Assembly: GCA_027021705.1 (NCBI GenBank)
Contig: JALUTT010000170.1
Location: 2,429 to 66,428 of the forward strand
Length of the DNA stretch: 64,000 nucleotides
Direction of reading: 5' to 3'
Origin: Anaerolineae bacterium
GTDB lineage: Bacteria > Chloroflexota > Anaerolineae > S140-20
A model generated the notes under the pieces. It saw only the letters and a list, made by a program, of their open reading frames with translations. It was not told the DNA's origin and made no database searches. Shown here one piece after another: positions 1 to 9,900 of the stretch. The translations under genes were made by a program, and so were the position numbers. Each line of letters starts with the position of its first letter. Positions within the stretch are counted from its first letter, which is position 1.

Positions 1-286
1 AGCCGGGTCTTCTAGCAGGCGGGCCCAAGCTGTGATCCGTTGGGAGGGGACGAAGGGGACCAGGAGGGGTTGCAGCAGCCACAGTGCATGGGCTCCCAGG
101 AACCCCAGCCCTCGCCCCACCTCCCGCAGGAGAGGGAACATACTTCCCAGGCCAGCGCGGTGCAGCCGGGCCAGCCCTGAAGCAAGCTCACGTTCAGCCC
201 CCGCCAGGGGATCCCTTTTCCTTCCCACGATAGTATACCACAATCCGTCCCCATTCCCAATGGGGAAATCGGTCCTGGGTATCTGT

Positions 287-395
287 TCAGCCTACCCTCC
301 CACAGGTCACCGGTCGAGGGCGCTTTCAGCCCCGATGGGCTATTTGAAGCACGGTTTCGCGTCGGAAACGCGCCTAACCTGCGGGAGGGTGAACA
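287..395. repeat. copy 1 of roughly 120-bp MITE/REP-like element with terminal inverted repeats
   Basis: Near-identical to 29825-29935 and to the reverse complements of 37727-37852 and 48625-48745. Terminal inverted repeats ACCCTCCC(A/G)CAGGT / ACCTGCGGGAGGGT. Confidence 0.85.
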
Positions 396-612
396 CGGTC
401 CTGGTAGAAATGTTGGCCCTCTACTGGGCCGTTCTGTGCTCAGTATAGCACGAATTGGCCGGGGAGTAAAGGGAGTTCGTGGACGACTGATTCCCTATCC
501 CCAAGATATGGGCAATCACCAAAGTGGGACGTGTTGCGCGTTGCATATTGTGCTCCACCGGCACAGCCCGGAAGCGCCGGTGCTGGGGCAGCCTTCGCCC
601 GGTTCCGCCGCT

Positions 613-1401
613 TCAAGAAGGTGCAAGCTCTCCGGCGTCTAGCCCGGCCAGGAAGTCGGCCACGGCCTGGGCGACGGCCTGAGGCTGTTCTAGCATCATC
701 ATATGTCCCCCACCTTCGATGGTCACCAGCCGGGCGTTGGGGATGTGGGCCTCCAGATAGCGGGCATATTTGAGCGGCGTTAGCCGGTCCGCCGTTCCTC
801 CCACGACCAGGGTGGGAGCCTGGATCTGGTCCAGCCGATCCATCACGTCGAAGGCGTTGCAAGCGGTGAAGTCCCCCAGGAGCACGGTGGGTGGGGTCTG
901 GGCGGTGATCTCGCCGCCCCGTTGAACCAGGGGCTTCGGCGCATCCGGGCTCCAAGCCATCCGGGTGATCAGGTCCACGGTGGCGAGGAAGTCGGTCTGG
1001 ATGCCCTCTAGGATGGCCGGGAGGACGCGCAGCCGGGCTCCTGTGCCGATCAGAACCAGGCCGGCTACCCTCTCAGGGCGGGTCAGAGCCAGGTGCAAGG
1101 CGATGGCCCCGCCCATCGAGTGACCGCCGATGACGGCCTGGGGCAGCGCGAGGGCGTCCAGCAGCGCTTCCAAGACCTCAGCGTAGCTGGCGATGGAACG
1201 CTCTCCTTCCCCCTCGGACCGCCCATGCCCCGGTAGGTCCAGCGCATAGACCGTCCTTCCGGGCAGACGACGGAGTTGGGCCGGCCAGTGGAGGTGGGAC
1301 CCGCCGGCACCGTGCACTAACATCAGAGGAGGATGGCCGGGTTCCCCCTCCTGGTGCAGGGCGTAGAACAGGGAACGACCATGGATGGTGGCGTAGGGCA
1401 T
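613..1401 (-). CDS. alpha/beta-fold hydrolase
   Basis: 262 aa. GHSMGG nucleophile-elbow motif and an HGAGG oxyanion-hole-like N-terminus. Typical size for this fold. Confidence 0.8.
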   Translation of the reverse strand: MPYATIHGRSLFYALHQEGEPGHPPLMLVHGAGGSHLHWPAQLRRLPGRTVYALDLPGHGRSEGEGERSIASYAEVLEALLDALALPQAVIGGHSMGGAIALHLALTRPERVAGLVLIGTGARLRVLPAILEGIQTDFLATVDLITRMAWSPDAPKPLVQRGGEITAQTPPTVLLGDFTACNAFDVMDRLDQIQAPTLVVGGTADRLTPLKYARYLEAHIPNARLVTIEGGGHMMMLEQPQAVAQAVADFLAGLDAGELAPS

Positions 1402-1624
1402 GCTCTCCCTCCAGGCTTCTCTGGGTTCCGGGCAGCCTCGGCCGCGTCGAATTTATTGTACTCCCGATTCGTGAACCCGTCAATTTTGAGCCGGCTGACC
1501 GGCCAATTGGCCGCCATTTGCCCTAAAGGGCCGACTATGCTAGAATTGACCTCGGTCCTGGGCATCAGGGCGATGGGGGCATGCCCCGAGGCTCAATTCC
1601 CTGTCAGGCAAGGAGGAGGTTGCT

Positions 1625-2110
1625 ATGGAGTTGCTCACGGTGAAGATCGAGAAGCCGGAGGCGATCAACCTCATCTTGGGCCAATCTCACTTCATCAAGA
1701 CGGTCGAGGACATCCACGAGGCCCTGGTGACGGCAGTGCCCGGCATCAAGTTCGGCCTGGCCTTCTGCGAGTCGTCGGGCGAGGCCCTGGTCCGATGGAC
1801 GGGCACCGATGAGGCGATGATCGAGCTGGCCAAGAAGAATGCCCTGGCCCTCTCGGCCGGCCATTGCTTCATCCTCTTCCTGGCGGAAGGCTTCTACCCC
1901 ATCAACGTCCTCAACGCCGTCAAGATGGTCCCCGAGGTCTGCCGCATCTTCTGCGCTACGGCAAACCCGGTCGAGGTGATCCTGGTCGAAACGGAGCAAG
2001 GGCGAGGTATCCTGGGCGTCATTGACGGGGTGAAGACCAAAGGCGTTGAGGACGAGGCGGGGATCGCCTGGCGCAAGGGATTCCTCCGCCAGATCGGGTA
2101 CAAGTTATGA
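1625..2110 (+). CDS. adenosine-specific kinase family protein (PF04008-like)
   Basis: 161 aa. The N-terminus, MELLTVKIEKPE...ILGQSHFIKTVEDIHEAL, and the overall length match my recollection of the small 'adenosine specific kinase' family. Confidence 0.5.
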   Translation: MELLTVKIEKPEAINLILGQSHFIKTVEDIHEALVTAVPGIKFGLAFCESSGEALVRWTGTDEAMIELAKKNALALSAGHCFILFLAEGFYPINVLNAVKMVPEVCRIFCATANPVEVILVETEQGRGILGVIDGVKTKGVEDEAGIAWRKGFLRQIGYKL

Positions 2111-2673
2111 AGGGAGCCATAGATGCGCTCCTCTATCTCCTGCTCCAGGCCAACCGGCTAAAGGTAACCCCTCGAGGGGGCTGGGCGGTCCGGGGGCTGA
2201 CCGACGTGGAGAGCGTTGCCGATCACAGCTTCGGTGTCGCCTTCATCGCCCTGGTGCTGGCGGAGCTTCTGGGAGAGCCGGTGGATCGGGCCAAGCTGCT
2301 CACCATCGCGCTGCTGCACGACCTGCCGGAGAGCGTGCTCACCGACATCCCGACGCCGGCCCTGCGCTATTTCCCGCCGGGGGCCAAGCGGGAGGCGGAG
2401 ATGAGGGCCCTGGCCGAGGTGCTAGAGGGGGTTCCCTTCGCCGATCGTCTCCGTGCCTGGTGGCAGGAGTTCGAGGACCGGACCAGCGTCGAGGGTCGGC
2501 TGGTGCGTGACGCCGACCGGCTGGAACTGCTGCTCCAGACTTACGTCTACGAGCGTACCACGGCCAACCGCTATCTGGAGGAGTTTTGGGCTGGTCAGGA
2601 GGGCCGTCCTTTCGAGTTCCCCATCTCCCAACAGTTCTTTGAGCGGTTGCTGGCCCTGCGCCACGAGCGTTGA
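2107..2673 (+). CDS. HD-domain phosphohydrolase (YfbR-like 5'-deoxynucleotidase)
   Basis: 188 aa. H...HD motif (VADHSFGVAF ... LLHDLPE) with conserved downstream acidic residues. Start overlaps the upstream gene's stop by 4 bp. Confidence 0.75.
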   Translation: MKGAIDALLYLLLQANRLKVTPRGGWAVRGLTDVESVADHSFGVAFIALVLAELLGEPVDRAKLLTIALLHDLPESVLTDIPTPALRYFPPGAKREAEMRALAEVLEGVPFADRLRAWWQEFEDRTSVEGRLVRDADRLELLLQTYVYERTTANRYLEEFWAGQEGRPFEFPISQQFFERLLALRHER

Positions 2674-2692
2674 CCTGTAGCTCGCTTGCACG

Positions 2693-5600
2693 ATGCCACT
2701 TTCCAGGAGGATCCTGAACCGTATGCGTCGCTACCTCCCCCGGTCCTGGGAGGAGCAGCTACAGCCACCCCTGGACCAGGCGGTGCTCGTGCGCTGTCAG
2801 GCACACCTGAAGGCGTTGCTGGAGGTCGTGGTCACCTACCTGCCTCGGGGGCTGGTGCAGGCTCAGTTGGACCGACCAACGCCGGGGCGATCCCAAGGCC
2901 AGTTCCGCGAGGGCACCGTGATGTTCGCCGATGTCTCCGGCTTCACGGCGATGTCGGAGCGGTTCGCCCAGGCTGCCGATGCTCGGGCCGGTGCCGAGGA
3001 GATCACCGAGATCGTCAACCGCTACTTCGAGGCGATGATCGGCATCGCTCAAGCTTATGGCGGTGACCTGTTGAAGTTTGGCGGTGATGCGCTGTTGACC
3101 TTCTACACCGGCCCGGAGGCGGCTCTGCGGGCCTGCCAGGCGGCGCTGGCGATGCAGGAGACGATGGATCGCCAGTTCGCTCAGGTGGAGACCTCGCTGG
3201 GGCCCTTCCCGCTGCGGATGTCTATTGGCCTGGGCAGCGGCGAGGTCTTCCTGGCCAGCCTGGGCTCGGTGGAAGGGATGGAGTATGCCGTGATGGGGCC
3301 GGCCCTGGCCGCGATGGGGGAAGCGGAGAGCCTGGCCCAGGCAGGGATGGTGATCCTAGATCGGGCAACTTGGGAGGCGGCCGGCCCGGCCATCGAAGCC
3401 CACCCCACGGCGGCTCAGGGGTTCTACCACCTGCGGCGGATTCGACGTTCGGTACCCCCCCAGAGCTCCTCTCAGGTGACCCTCTTGCCCCCGCTGGACG
3501 ATCCGGCCAGGGCGATCCACTGGCTGGTGACCCGGCTGGACGCTCTGGCTCCCTACCTACCCGATGAACTCCTCCAGCGGATTCGCCCGGACCCCCGCCA
3601 CATCGAGCCTCTCGATGAGCGACGACCGGTCACCGTCCTCTTCGCCGATCTGCACGGGGTGGAGCGGACGGTTGAACGGATGGGCCGGGACCAGGCCAAC
3701 ATCCTGACCGATTACCTGGACACCTACTTCAATGAGTTGCGAGCCGTCGTCCGGCAGTACGGTGGCGTGGTCAACAAGATCGGCGCAGGACCGGTCGGTC
3801 CCCACCTGATGGCCCTCTTCGGTGCGCCCCGCGCCCATGAGGACGATCCGGAGCGGGCCGTCCGGACGGCGCTGGAGATGCAGGGAGTGGTCGCGACCCT
3901 GCGGGAGCGTTTCCCCGGACTGGCAGACCGGATGGGAGCCATCGGCATCAACAGCGGCAACGTCTTCGCCGCCAACGTCGGCTCTGCTACCCGCCGGGAA
4001 TACACAGTGATGGGCGACGAGGTGAACCTGGCCTTCCGACTGATGACGACCGGCCAGCCGGGGGAGGTCCTCGTCCGCCAGGAGACCACTGCCCAGGAGG
4101 TCCAGCATCGCTTCTTCCTGGAGCCGCTCCCTCCTGTCCGGGTCAAGGGCAAGGCCCAGCCCATCGCCATCTGCCGGGTGACTGGCCTGCGGGAAATTGC
4201 TCCCTTGAGCCGAGACCGGGGGGGGCCTCTGGTCGGTCGAGATGCTGAGATGGACCAGGCCCTCCAGATCGTTGAGAAGGCCCGTCAGGGGGAGGGGCAG
4301 GTCCTTACCATCACCGGTGGGGTGGGGATGGGCAAGTCCCGCTTCGCCGAGGCGGTTATCGCCCACTGCCAGGAGCGGGGGGTGACCGTTCTCTCCGGCA
4401 CTTGCCTCTCCTACGGCCGGGAGATCCCCTACCTACCCTGGGCGGCGATCCTGCGGCTCCTCTTCGGTTTGCGAGAGGGGGAGCCGCCGGAGGTGCGCCG
4501 TCGCAAGCTGTCCACGGCGCTGGCCTCCGCCCGTTTAGAAGAGTGGGGGGCGGTCATCGGAGAGGTGGTCGGTGTCTCCCTGCCGGAGAGTCCCCTGAGC
4601 GCTTCGCTGGACCCCCGGCTGCGTCAGCAACGCTTCTTCGACATCGCGTTGGAACTTCTGCGCCGGACCGCCAGCCGCCGACCCCTGGCCCTCCTGATCG
4701 AGGACGTCCAGTGGATAGACCCGGCCTCCCTGGCTCTGCTCAACTACGTGGCTCGCAACATCGCCCGGGACCCCATCCTGCTGCTCATCGCCCAACGCCC
4801 GGAAGGGGATCTGGACCGGGCCTGGACCCGGCTGCCGCACCATACGGAGATCGTCCTGGGCGAACTCTCCTTGCCGGCGATCTGGCAGTTGGTGGCTGCG
4901 CTGTTGGAGACCGACCGGGTGCCGCCGGCCATCGAGGAGGCGATGTGGGTGCTGGCCCTGGGGGAACGCCCAGCGCCCGATAGTACGCTGGATACCTCCG
5001 CTCTGATCTCCTACTGGGGCACTCCCTTCTTCACCGAGGAGCGGGTGCGGGCCCTCATCGAGGCGGGCATCTGGCAGCGGCGTCCCGACGGCCAGTGGGA
5101 AGTGGCGGTGGATGTGGAACGGGTGGAGTTCCCGGAGACCTTGCAGGGCATCATCCTCAGCCGCATTGACCGCCACCCGGAGCCGGAACGGCGCACGCTG
5201 CGAGTCGCCTCGGTCATCGGACGCATCTTCGCCTACTTGGTGCTGGAAAACGTCTACCCTTATGGAGACCAGAATGGGTCACTGAAGGAGCGGCTCGATC
5301 GCCTCATAGATTTGGGCATCACCCTGCTCTCGCCCGACGACCCGGCGCTGACCTACATCTTCCGCCACGCGCCGGTGCGGGACGTCGCCTACGAGAGCAT
5401 CCCTTCCCGCCATCGCCGCACCCTCCACCGGCTCATCGGGGATTTCCTGGAGGCCACGGGGGCAGGGGAGGAGCAGCCGGGGCTTCTGGCCTACCACTAC
5501 TATCAGGGATGGGATTGGGAGAAAGCGCTGAAGTACGCGCTAGAGGCTGGAAAGCTGGCCCAGCGGGAGTACGCCAACGACACGGCCATCGCTCATTACC

Positions 5601-6910
5601 GCCGGGCCCTGGAGATCGCCGATCGCCTGGAGGGAGACATCCGAGAGGAGCGGCTGATCGCCTGGGAAGGGCTGGGCGACGTGCTCTCCGTCGTGGGGGA
5701 ATACGAGGAAGCGCTCCGCTACTACACCGAGGCCAGGACGACGTTGGAGGCTGCTGAACCCTCGGTGGCCCGGGACCGCCGGCTGGCCGACCTCTACCGA
5801 AAGATCGCCAGCGTCTACACAGCGATCAGCGATTACGAGACCGCCTTCGCCTGGCTGGAAAAAGGGCTCCGCCTGCCGGGTCTGGAGGGCCAAGTGGAGC
5901 AAGCCCGGCTCTACTTGGCTGGGGCCGGGGCCTACCACTTGCAAGGCAAAAACGACCAGGCTTTCACCTGGTGCCAGCAGGCGCTCCAGGTGGCCAAGCC
6001 CCTGAAAGGAAAGGCCGCCCAGCGGGAGATGGCCCATGCCCTCTACCTGCTGGGGGCCATCTCCAACCGCCTGGGGGAGAACCAGCAGGCCATCGCCTAC
6101 TGCGAGCAGAGCCTGGCCCTCTACGAGGCGCTGGAGGATGCCAACGGGATGGCCCAGGCCCACATCAACCTGGCCAGCTCCTTGGTGGAGATGGGGATAT
6201 GGTCCCAGGCTGCCCACCACTATCGGGAGGCGTTGAAGATCAAGCAACGTATCGGCGATGCCTTTGGACAGGGGCTCATCGCCAACAACCTGGGGGAGAT
6301 CCACCGGCTGCAAGGAGACCTGGACCAGGCGGAACGTTTCTACCGACAGAGTCTGGAGACGTGGGAGCGGCTGGGCTCCACCTATGGCATTGCTTTCCTG
6401 CACAACAATCTAGGCGCGGTCTATCACCGGCGCGGTGAACCCGAGAAGGCCCTGGCCTACTTCCAGAAGAGCCTGCGCCTGGCCGAGGAGATCGGTTCCG
6501 AGGATTTCCTGGCCGAGCTCTGCCGCAACCTGGCCTTGGTCCACTTGGAGATGGGCGAGATGGACCGGGCCTGGGACTGCGTTCAACGTTCTCTGGCAGT
6601 GGCGACGGAGCAAGGGATGCGGACCGAGGAGGGAATCACCCGGCGGGTGCTGGGGCAGGTGCTCTGGACCCAGGGGAAGCGACGGGAAGCCCAGGAAGCC
6701 TTGGCCGAGAGTGCTCGCTTGCTGGAGGAAGCGGACAGCCAATACGAACTGGGGCAGACATTGCTAACCTGGGCACACCTTCTGGTCTCAGAAGGGTCAG
6801 AAGCCCAGGCGATCCCCCTGGCCCGCCGGGCCTATCGTCTGTTGGAGAAGGTCGGTGCCCGTCAGGAGGCCCAGGAGGCCCGAGAACTGGCAGAAGGAGC
6901 GAGGGGATGA
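2693..6910 (+). CDS. signal-transduction protein: two tandem class III adenylate/guanylate cyclase domains, AAA ATPase (STAND-like) and C-terminal TPR repeats
   Basis: 1405 aa. Two cyclase-homology motifs (VMFADVSGFTAMSERF and VTVLFADLHGVERTVERMG). Walker A GGVGMGKSRF. Long TPR-like region (AIAHYRRALEIA..., repeated A..Y...L motifs). Confidence 0.8.
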   Translation: MPLSRRILNRMRRYLPRSWEEQLQPPLDQAVLVRCQAHLKALLEVVVTYLPRGLVQAQLDRPTPGRSQGQFREGTVMFADVSGFTAMSERFAQAADARAGAEEITEIVNRYFEAMIGIAQAYGGDLLKFGGDALLTFYTGPEAALRACQAALAMQETMDRQFAQVETSLGPFPLRMSIGLGSGEVFLASLGSVEGMEYAVMGPALAAMGEAESLAQAGMVILDRATWEAAGPAIEAHPTAAQGFYHLRRIRRSVPPQSSSQVTLLPPLDDPARAIHWLVTRLDALAPYLPDELLQRIRPDPRHIEPLDERRPVTVLFADLHGVERTVERMGRDQANILTDYLDTYFNELRAVVRQYGGVVNKIGAGPVGPHLMALFGAPRAHEDDPERAVRTALEMQGVVATLRERFPGLADRMGAIGINSGNVFAANVGSATRREYTVMGDEVNLAFRLMTTGQPGEVLVRQETTAQEVQHRFFLEPLPPVRVKGKAQPIAICRVTGLREIAPLSRDRGGPLVGRDAEMDQALQIVEKARQGEGQVLTITGGVGMGKSRFAEAVIAHCQERGVTVLSGTCLSYGREIPYLPWAAILRLLFGLREGEPPEVRRRKLSTALASARLEEWGAVIGEVVGVSLPESPLSASLDPRLRQQRFFDIALELLRRTASRRPLALLIEDVQWIDPASLALLNYVARNIARDPILLLIAQRPEGDLDRAWTRLPHHTEIVLGELSLPAIWQLVAALLETDRVPPAIEEAMWVLALGERPAPDSTLDTSALISYWGTPFFTEERVRALIEAGIWQRRPDGQWEVAVDVERVEFPETLQGIILSRIDRHPEPERRTLRVASVIGRIFAYLVLENVYPYGDQNGSLKERLDRLIDLGITLLSPDDPALTYIFRHAPVRDVAYESIPSRHRRTLHRLIGDFLEATGAGEEQPGLLAYHYYQGWDWEKALKYALEAGKLAQREYANDTAIAHYRRALEIADRLEGDIREERLIAWEGLGDVLSVVGEYEEALRYYTEARTTLEAAEPSVARDRRLADLYRKIASVYTAISDYETAFAWLEKGLRLPGLEGQVEQARLYLAGAGAYHLQGKNDQAFTWCQQALQVAKPLKGKAAQREMAHALYLLGAISNRLGENQQAIAYCEQSLALYEALEDANGMAQAHINLASSLVEMGIWSQAAHHYREALKIKQRIGDAFGQGLIANNLGEIHRLQGDLDQAERFYRQSLETWERLGSTYGIAFLHNNLGAVYHRRGEPEKALAYFQKSLRLAEEIGSEDFLAELCRNLALVHLEMGEMDRAWDCVQRSLAVATEQGMRTEEGITRRVLGQVLWTQGKRREAQEALAESARLLEEADSQYELGQTLLTWAHLLVSEGSEAQAIPLARRAYRLLEKVGARQEAQEARELAEGARG

Positions 6911-9900
6911 AAGCGAAAGTCGTGGTTCAGTGGAGTCTTCTCCTTATCGTGGGCATCGGGGTGACGGTCCTGTTGCTGGTAGGGATGCAGGCAACCCAGG
7001 CGGCAAGCCTCAATAGCGAGGGGGAAGGGCCGACGGTCCCCTCGCGCCAGGCGGTGACGTCGGGAAGAAGCCAGGTCCAGAGCACGGGAGGGCTGGGAGG
7101 GTATTTCGTGCGACCTGCGGGCAACGCTCTCTCCTGTTTTGCCCCCTTTGTCACCCAGGGCGGTGATTGGGAGACCGATCTGATCATCTACAACGGTATG
7201 GATGTGCGCCTTTCTTTCACCGTGACCCTGTATGATGAAAACGGATCTCCTCTACATTCCCTGGGAGATGTCCTCTCTGGACTGAGCAGCGTGGTCTATC
7301 CGTTGGAGACCTTTTCGGCCACCCTAGGTGTCCCCTTCACGGGGACGGCGAGGGTGGAGGGTGACCAGTCCTTGATGTGCGTCGTCCGGCTGCGTCGAGC
7401 CGACTTCACCCCTGGGGATACGTTGATGCTCTACCAGGGAAGCCCGCAGCCGCCGAGCAGCGTTGCTCTGCTGGCCCCTTTCCTCAACAAAGGACAAGAT
7501 GGCTGGCACAGCCGGCTCATTGTGATGAACACCGATGCCATCACAACGGCCGACGTCGTCGTGGATTTCCTCGACTCGGGAGGGAGTTCGGTTGCCCAGG
7601 AGTTCCTCTCTGTGCCCCCTTTGGGTGCTCGGATCCTGGACCTGGACAGCCTGCCCTCCTTACCGGTCGGCTTCCAGGGGGTGGCCTTCGTATCCTCGAT
7701 GCAGAGCCTTGTCACGGTGGTCGTGAACGAGCGGGATACGGGGGAGGCCGAGGCCCACGGAGGATCCGACTTCCTTTACGCCTGGGCTCCCCTGCTTGGC
7801 CTGGTGAAGGACGATGGCGGGGCATACAGCGAGTACTTCCTCTACAACGGGATCTCCAGGACATTGCTGGTCACAACAACCTTCTTGAACGCGGCTACCG
7901 GTAACAGGGATCAGGTCTTGACCCAGACGCTGGCCCCTTCTGCCACGCTCCCGCAGTCCCTGAACGCCGTCACCGGGCTTCCTGCCGGCTGGAAGGGTAC
8001 TGGGCTTTTCTCTTCCTCGTTCTCTGATTTCTTCCTCCTCACCGGCCTGCGCTACGAACCGACAGGTCTGGCCGCCGGCTACGGAGCAGCCCCGTCCAGT
8101 TGGGGGTCCGATTTCTATCCCGCCGCTGTACCGGCCCTGGTGCGGATGCCTGATACCGCTTCGGAGATCATCCTTTGGAATTCCGCTTCTGCAGCCAATC
8201 CGGTGACAGTGACTTTCTACGATCTAGGAGGGATGACGGTCCACGAAATCACAACGACGTTGGCCCCCAATGGCAGCCTCTCTCTGGACCTGCGTACGAT
8301 GGCGGAGTTGGGTTCCTTTTTCGAGGGTTCGGCCACCATTCAACCGGCTTACGATTTGTACGTCTTGGTCCTGGAACGGTATATCCCTTCTGATGTGTTC
8401 CAGGATGCCTACGAACCCAACGATACCTTTACGACAGCCTACACGATCTCGCTGGGTACCGACTACTACGCCCTGATTGGCCATTCGGAGGACGTGGACT
8501 GGTACGCGGTGGAGATCACCCGGCCCTCGGCCTTGAGCGTGACGCTAGACGAGTTGCCGGCCGATTACGATCTGGCCCTCTTCGCCGACCTCCGGACCGA
8601 CCCACCGGCCACCGATGCCAACACCTTGGGCGACCTGCAGGACTCCGTGGATGTGGACGCGACGGGCGTGATGCGGGCCATCGGGGTGATGCGGGCCATC
8701 GGGGTGATGCGAGCCATTGGGGTGATGCGAGCCATTGGGGTGATGCGAGCCATCGGCGCCGGTCCGGAGACGACGCCGGAGCAGGTCTCCACCCTGGTCT
8801 ACGAGCCGGGGCTCTACTACATCCTGGTCATCAACAACAACGGGGAATGGTCGGGGAAGCCCTATCACCTGCGGGCTCAGGCGGTGCCCTTGAGTCAGAC
8901 GCCGGGCTGCACCTGGGTCCCTACCTACACCCTAACGGCACCGATGACGCCCATCACCGGCACCTACGTGCCCATCTCCGGCCCCTTGACCCTCATCCTG
9001 GTCAACAAGACGCGACTGGATCAGACCTACGGGGTGACAGCAACGGCTCCCCTGAGCCAGGCCCTGAAGCAACTGGCCGACCATCCCTCGGTGCGGGGGC
9101 TAGTCATCCCTGTGGAGCAGGATTCCTGGGTTTCCACTGTCTACAGTGACTGGAATTTCAACTACTGCAGCGTCCAGAAGGCCAACGCCGTGGGCCGGGC
9201 GATCCGGGAGCAGATCATCAGTCCTACATTGGCCGCCTATCCCTCCATCCGCTATCTGGTCCTGGTTGGAGGGGATGAACAGATCCCCTTCTACCGGGTT
9301 CCTGACGAGGCGAAGATCGCCAACGAGCGGGAGTACCGGGACGCGGCCAAGGTCAAGGTAGGGGCGCTCTACGCGGCGCTGGATCAGGGCTTCTTCCTGA
9401 CCGACAACTTCTACGCCGTTCGGCCTGGCTACGAACTGGGCTGGCGGGGGCGCCGGCTGTGGGTGCCCAACCTCGACCTGTCGGTGGGGCGGTTGGTGGA
9501 GACCCCCCAGGAGATCCAGGCGGTCATCAACGCCTACCTGGCTTCCCCGGTGATCAGCGCCACGACCGCCTTGGCGACGGGCTACGACTTCCTGAACGAC
9601 AGCGCTCAGGCTATCAGCAGCACCTTCGGCTCGATGGGCCTCGCCACCCAAGCGTTGGTCGGCGACACTTGGACCCGTAGCGACCTTGTCCAGGCCTGGC
9701 CGGAACGGAGCGGGGGTGTGCCCGACCTGGCTTCCATCAATGCCCACTTCGAGCACTGGCGGAGCCAGCCGGCGGACTACCTGAGCGGGCTTTTCTACGC
9801 CTCCGACATCGCCACAGCCAGCAACCCCTTCAGCGGCACCCTGAGTTGGTCTATGGGCTGTCACGCCGGCCTCAACGTCCCGGATAGCAACAGCACGTTG

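Noticed and set aside
12-448. ORFs 12-260 (-) and 32-448 (+) at the window start
   Set aside because: Both run through copy 1 of the repeat element (the same peptide PPTGHRSRALSAPMGYLKHGFASETRL appears in ORFs over the other copies). They are an artefact of translating the repeat.
3557-6403. Several 200-290-aa minus-strand ORFs inside the cyclase/AAA/TPR gene
   Set aside because: Antisense shadow ORFs with low-complexity translations. The plus-strand frame carries the cyclase, Walker A and TPR motifs continuously.
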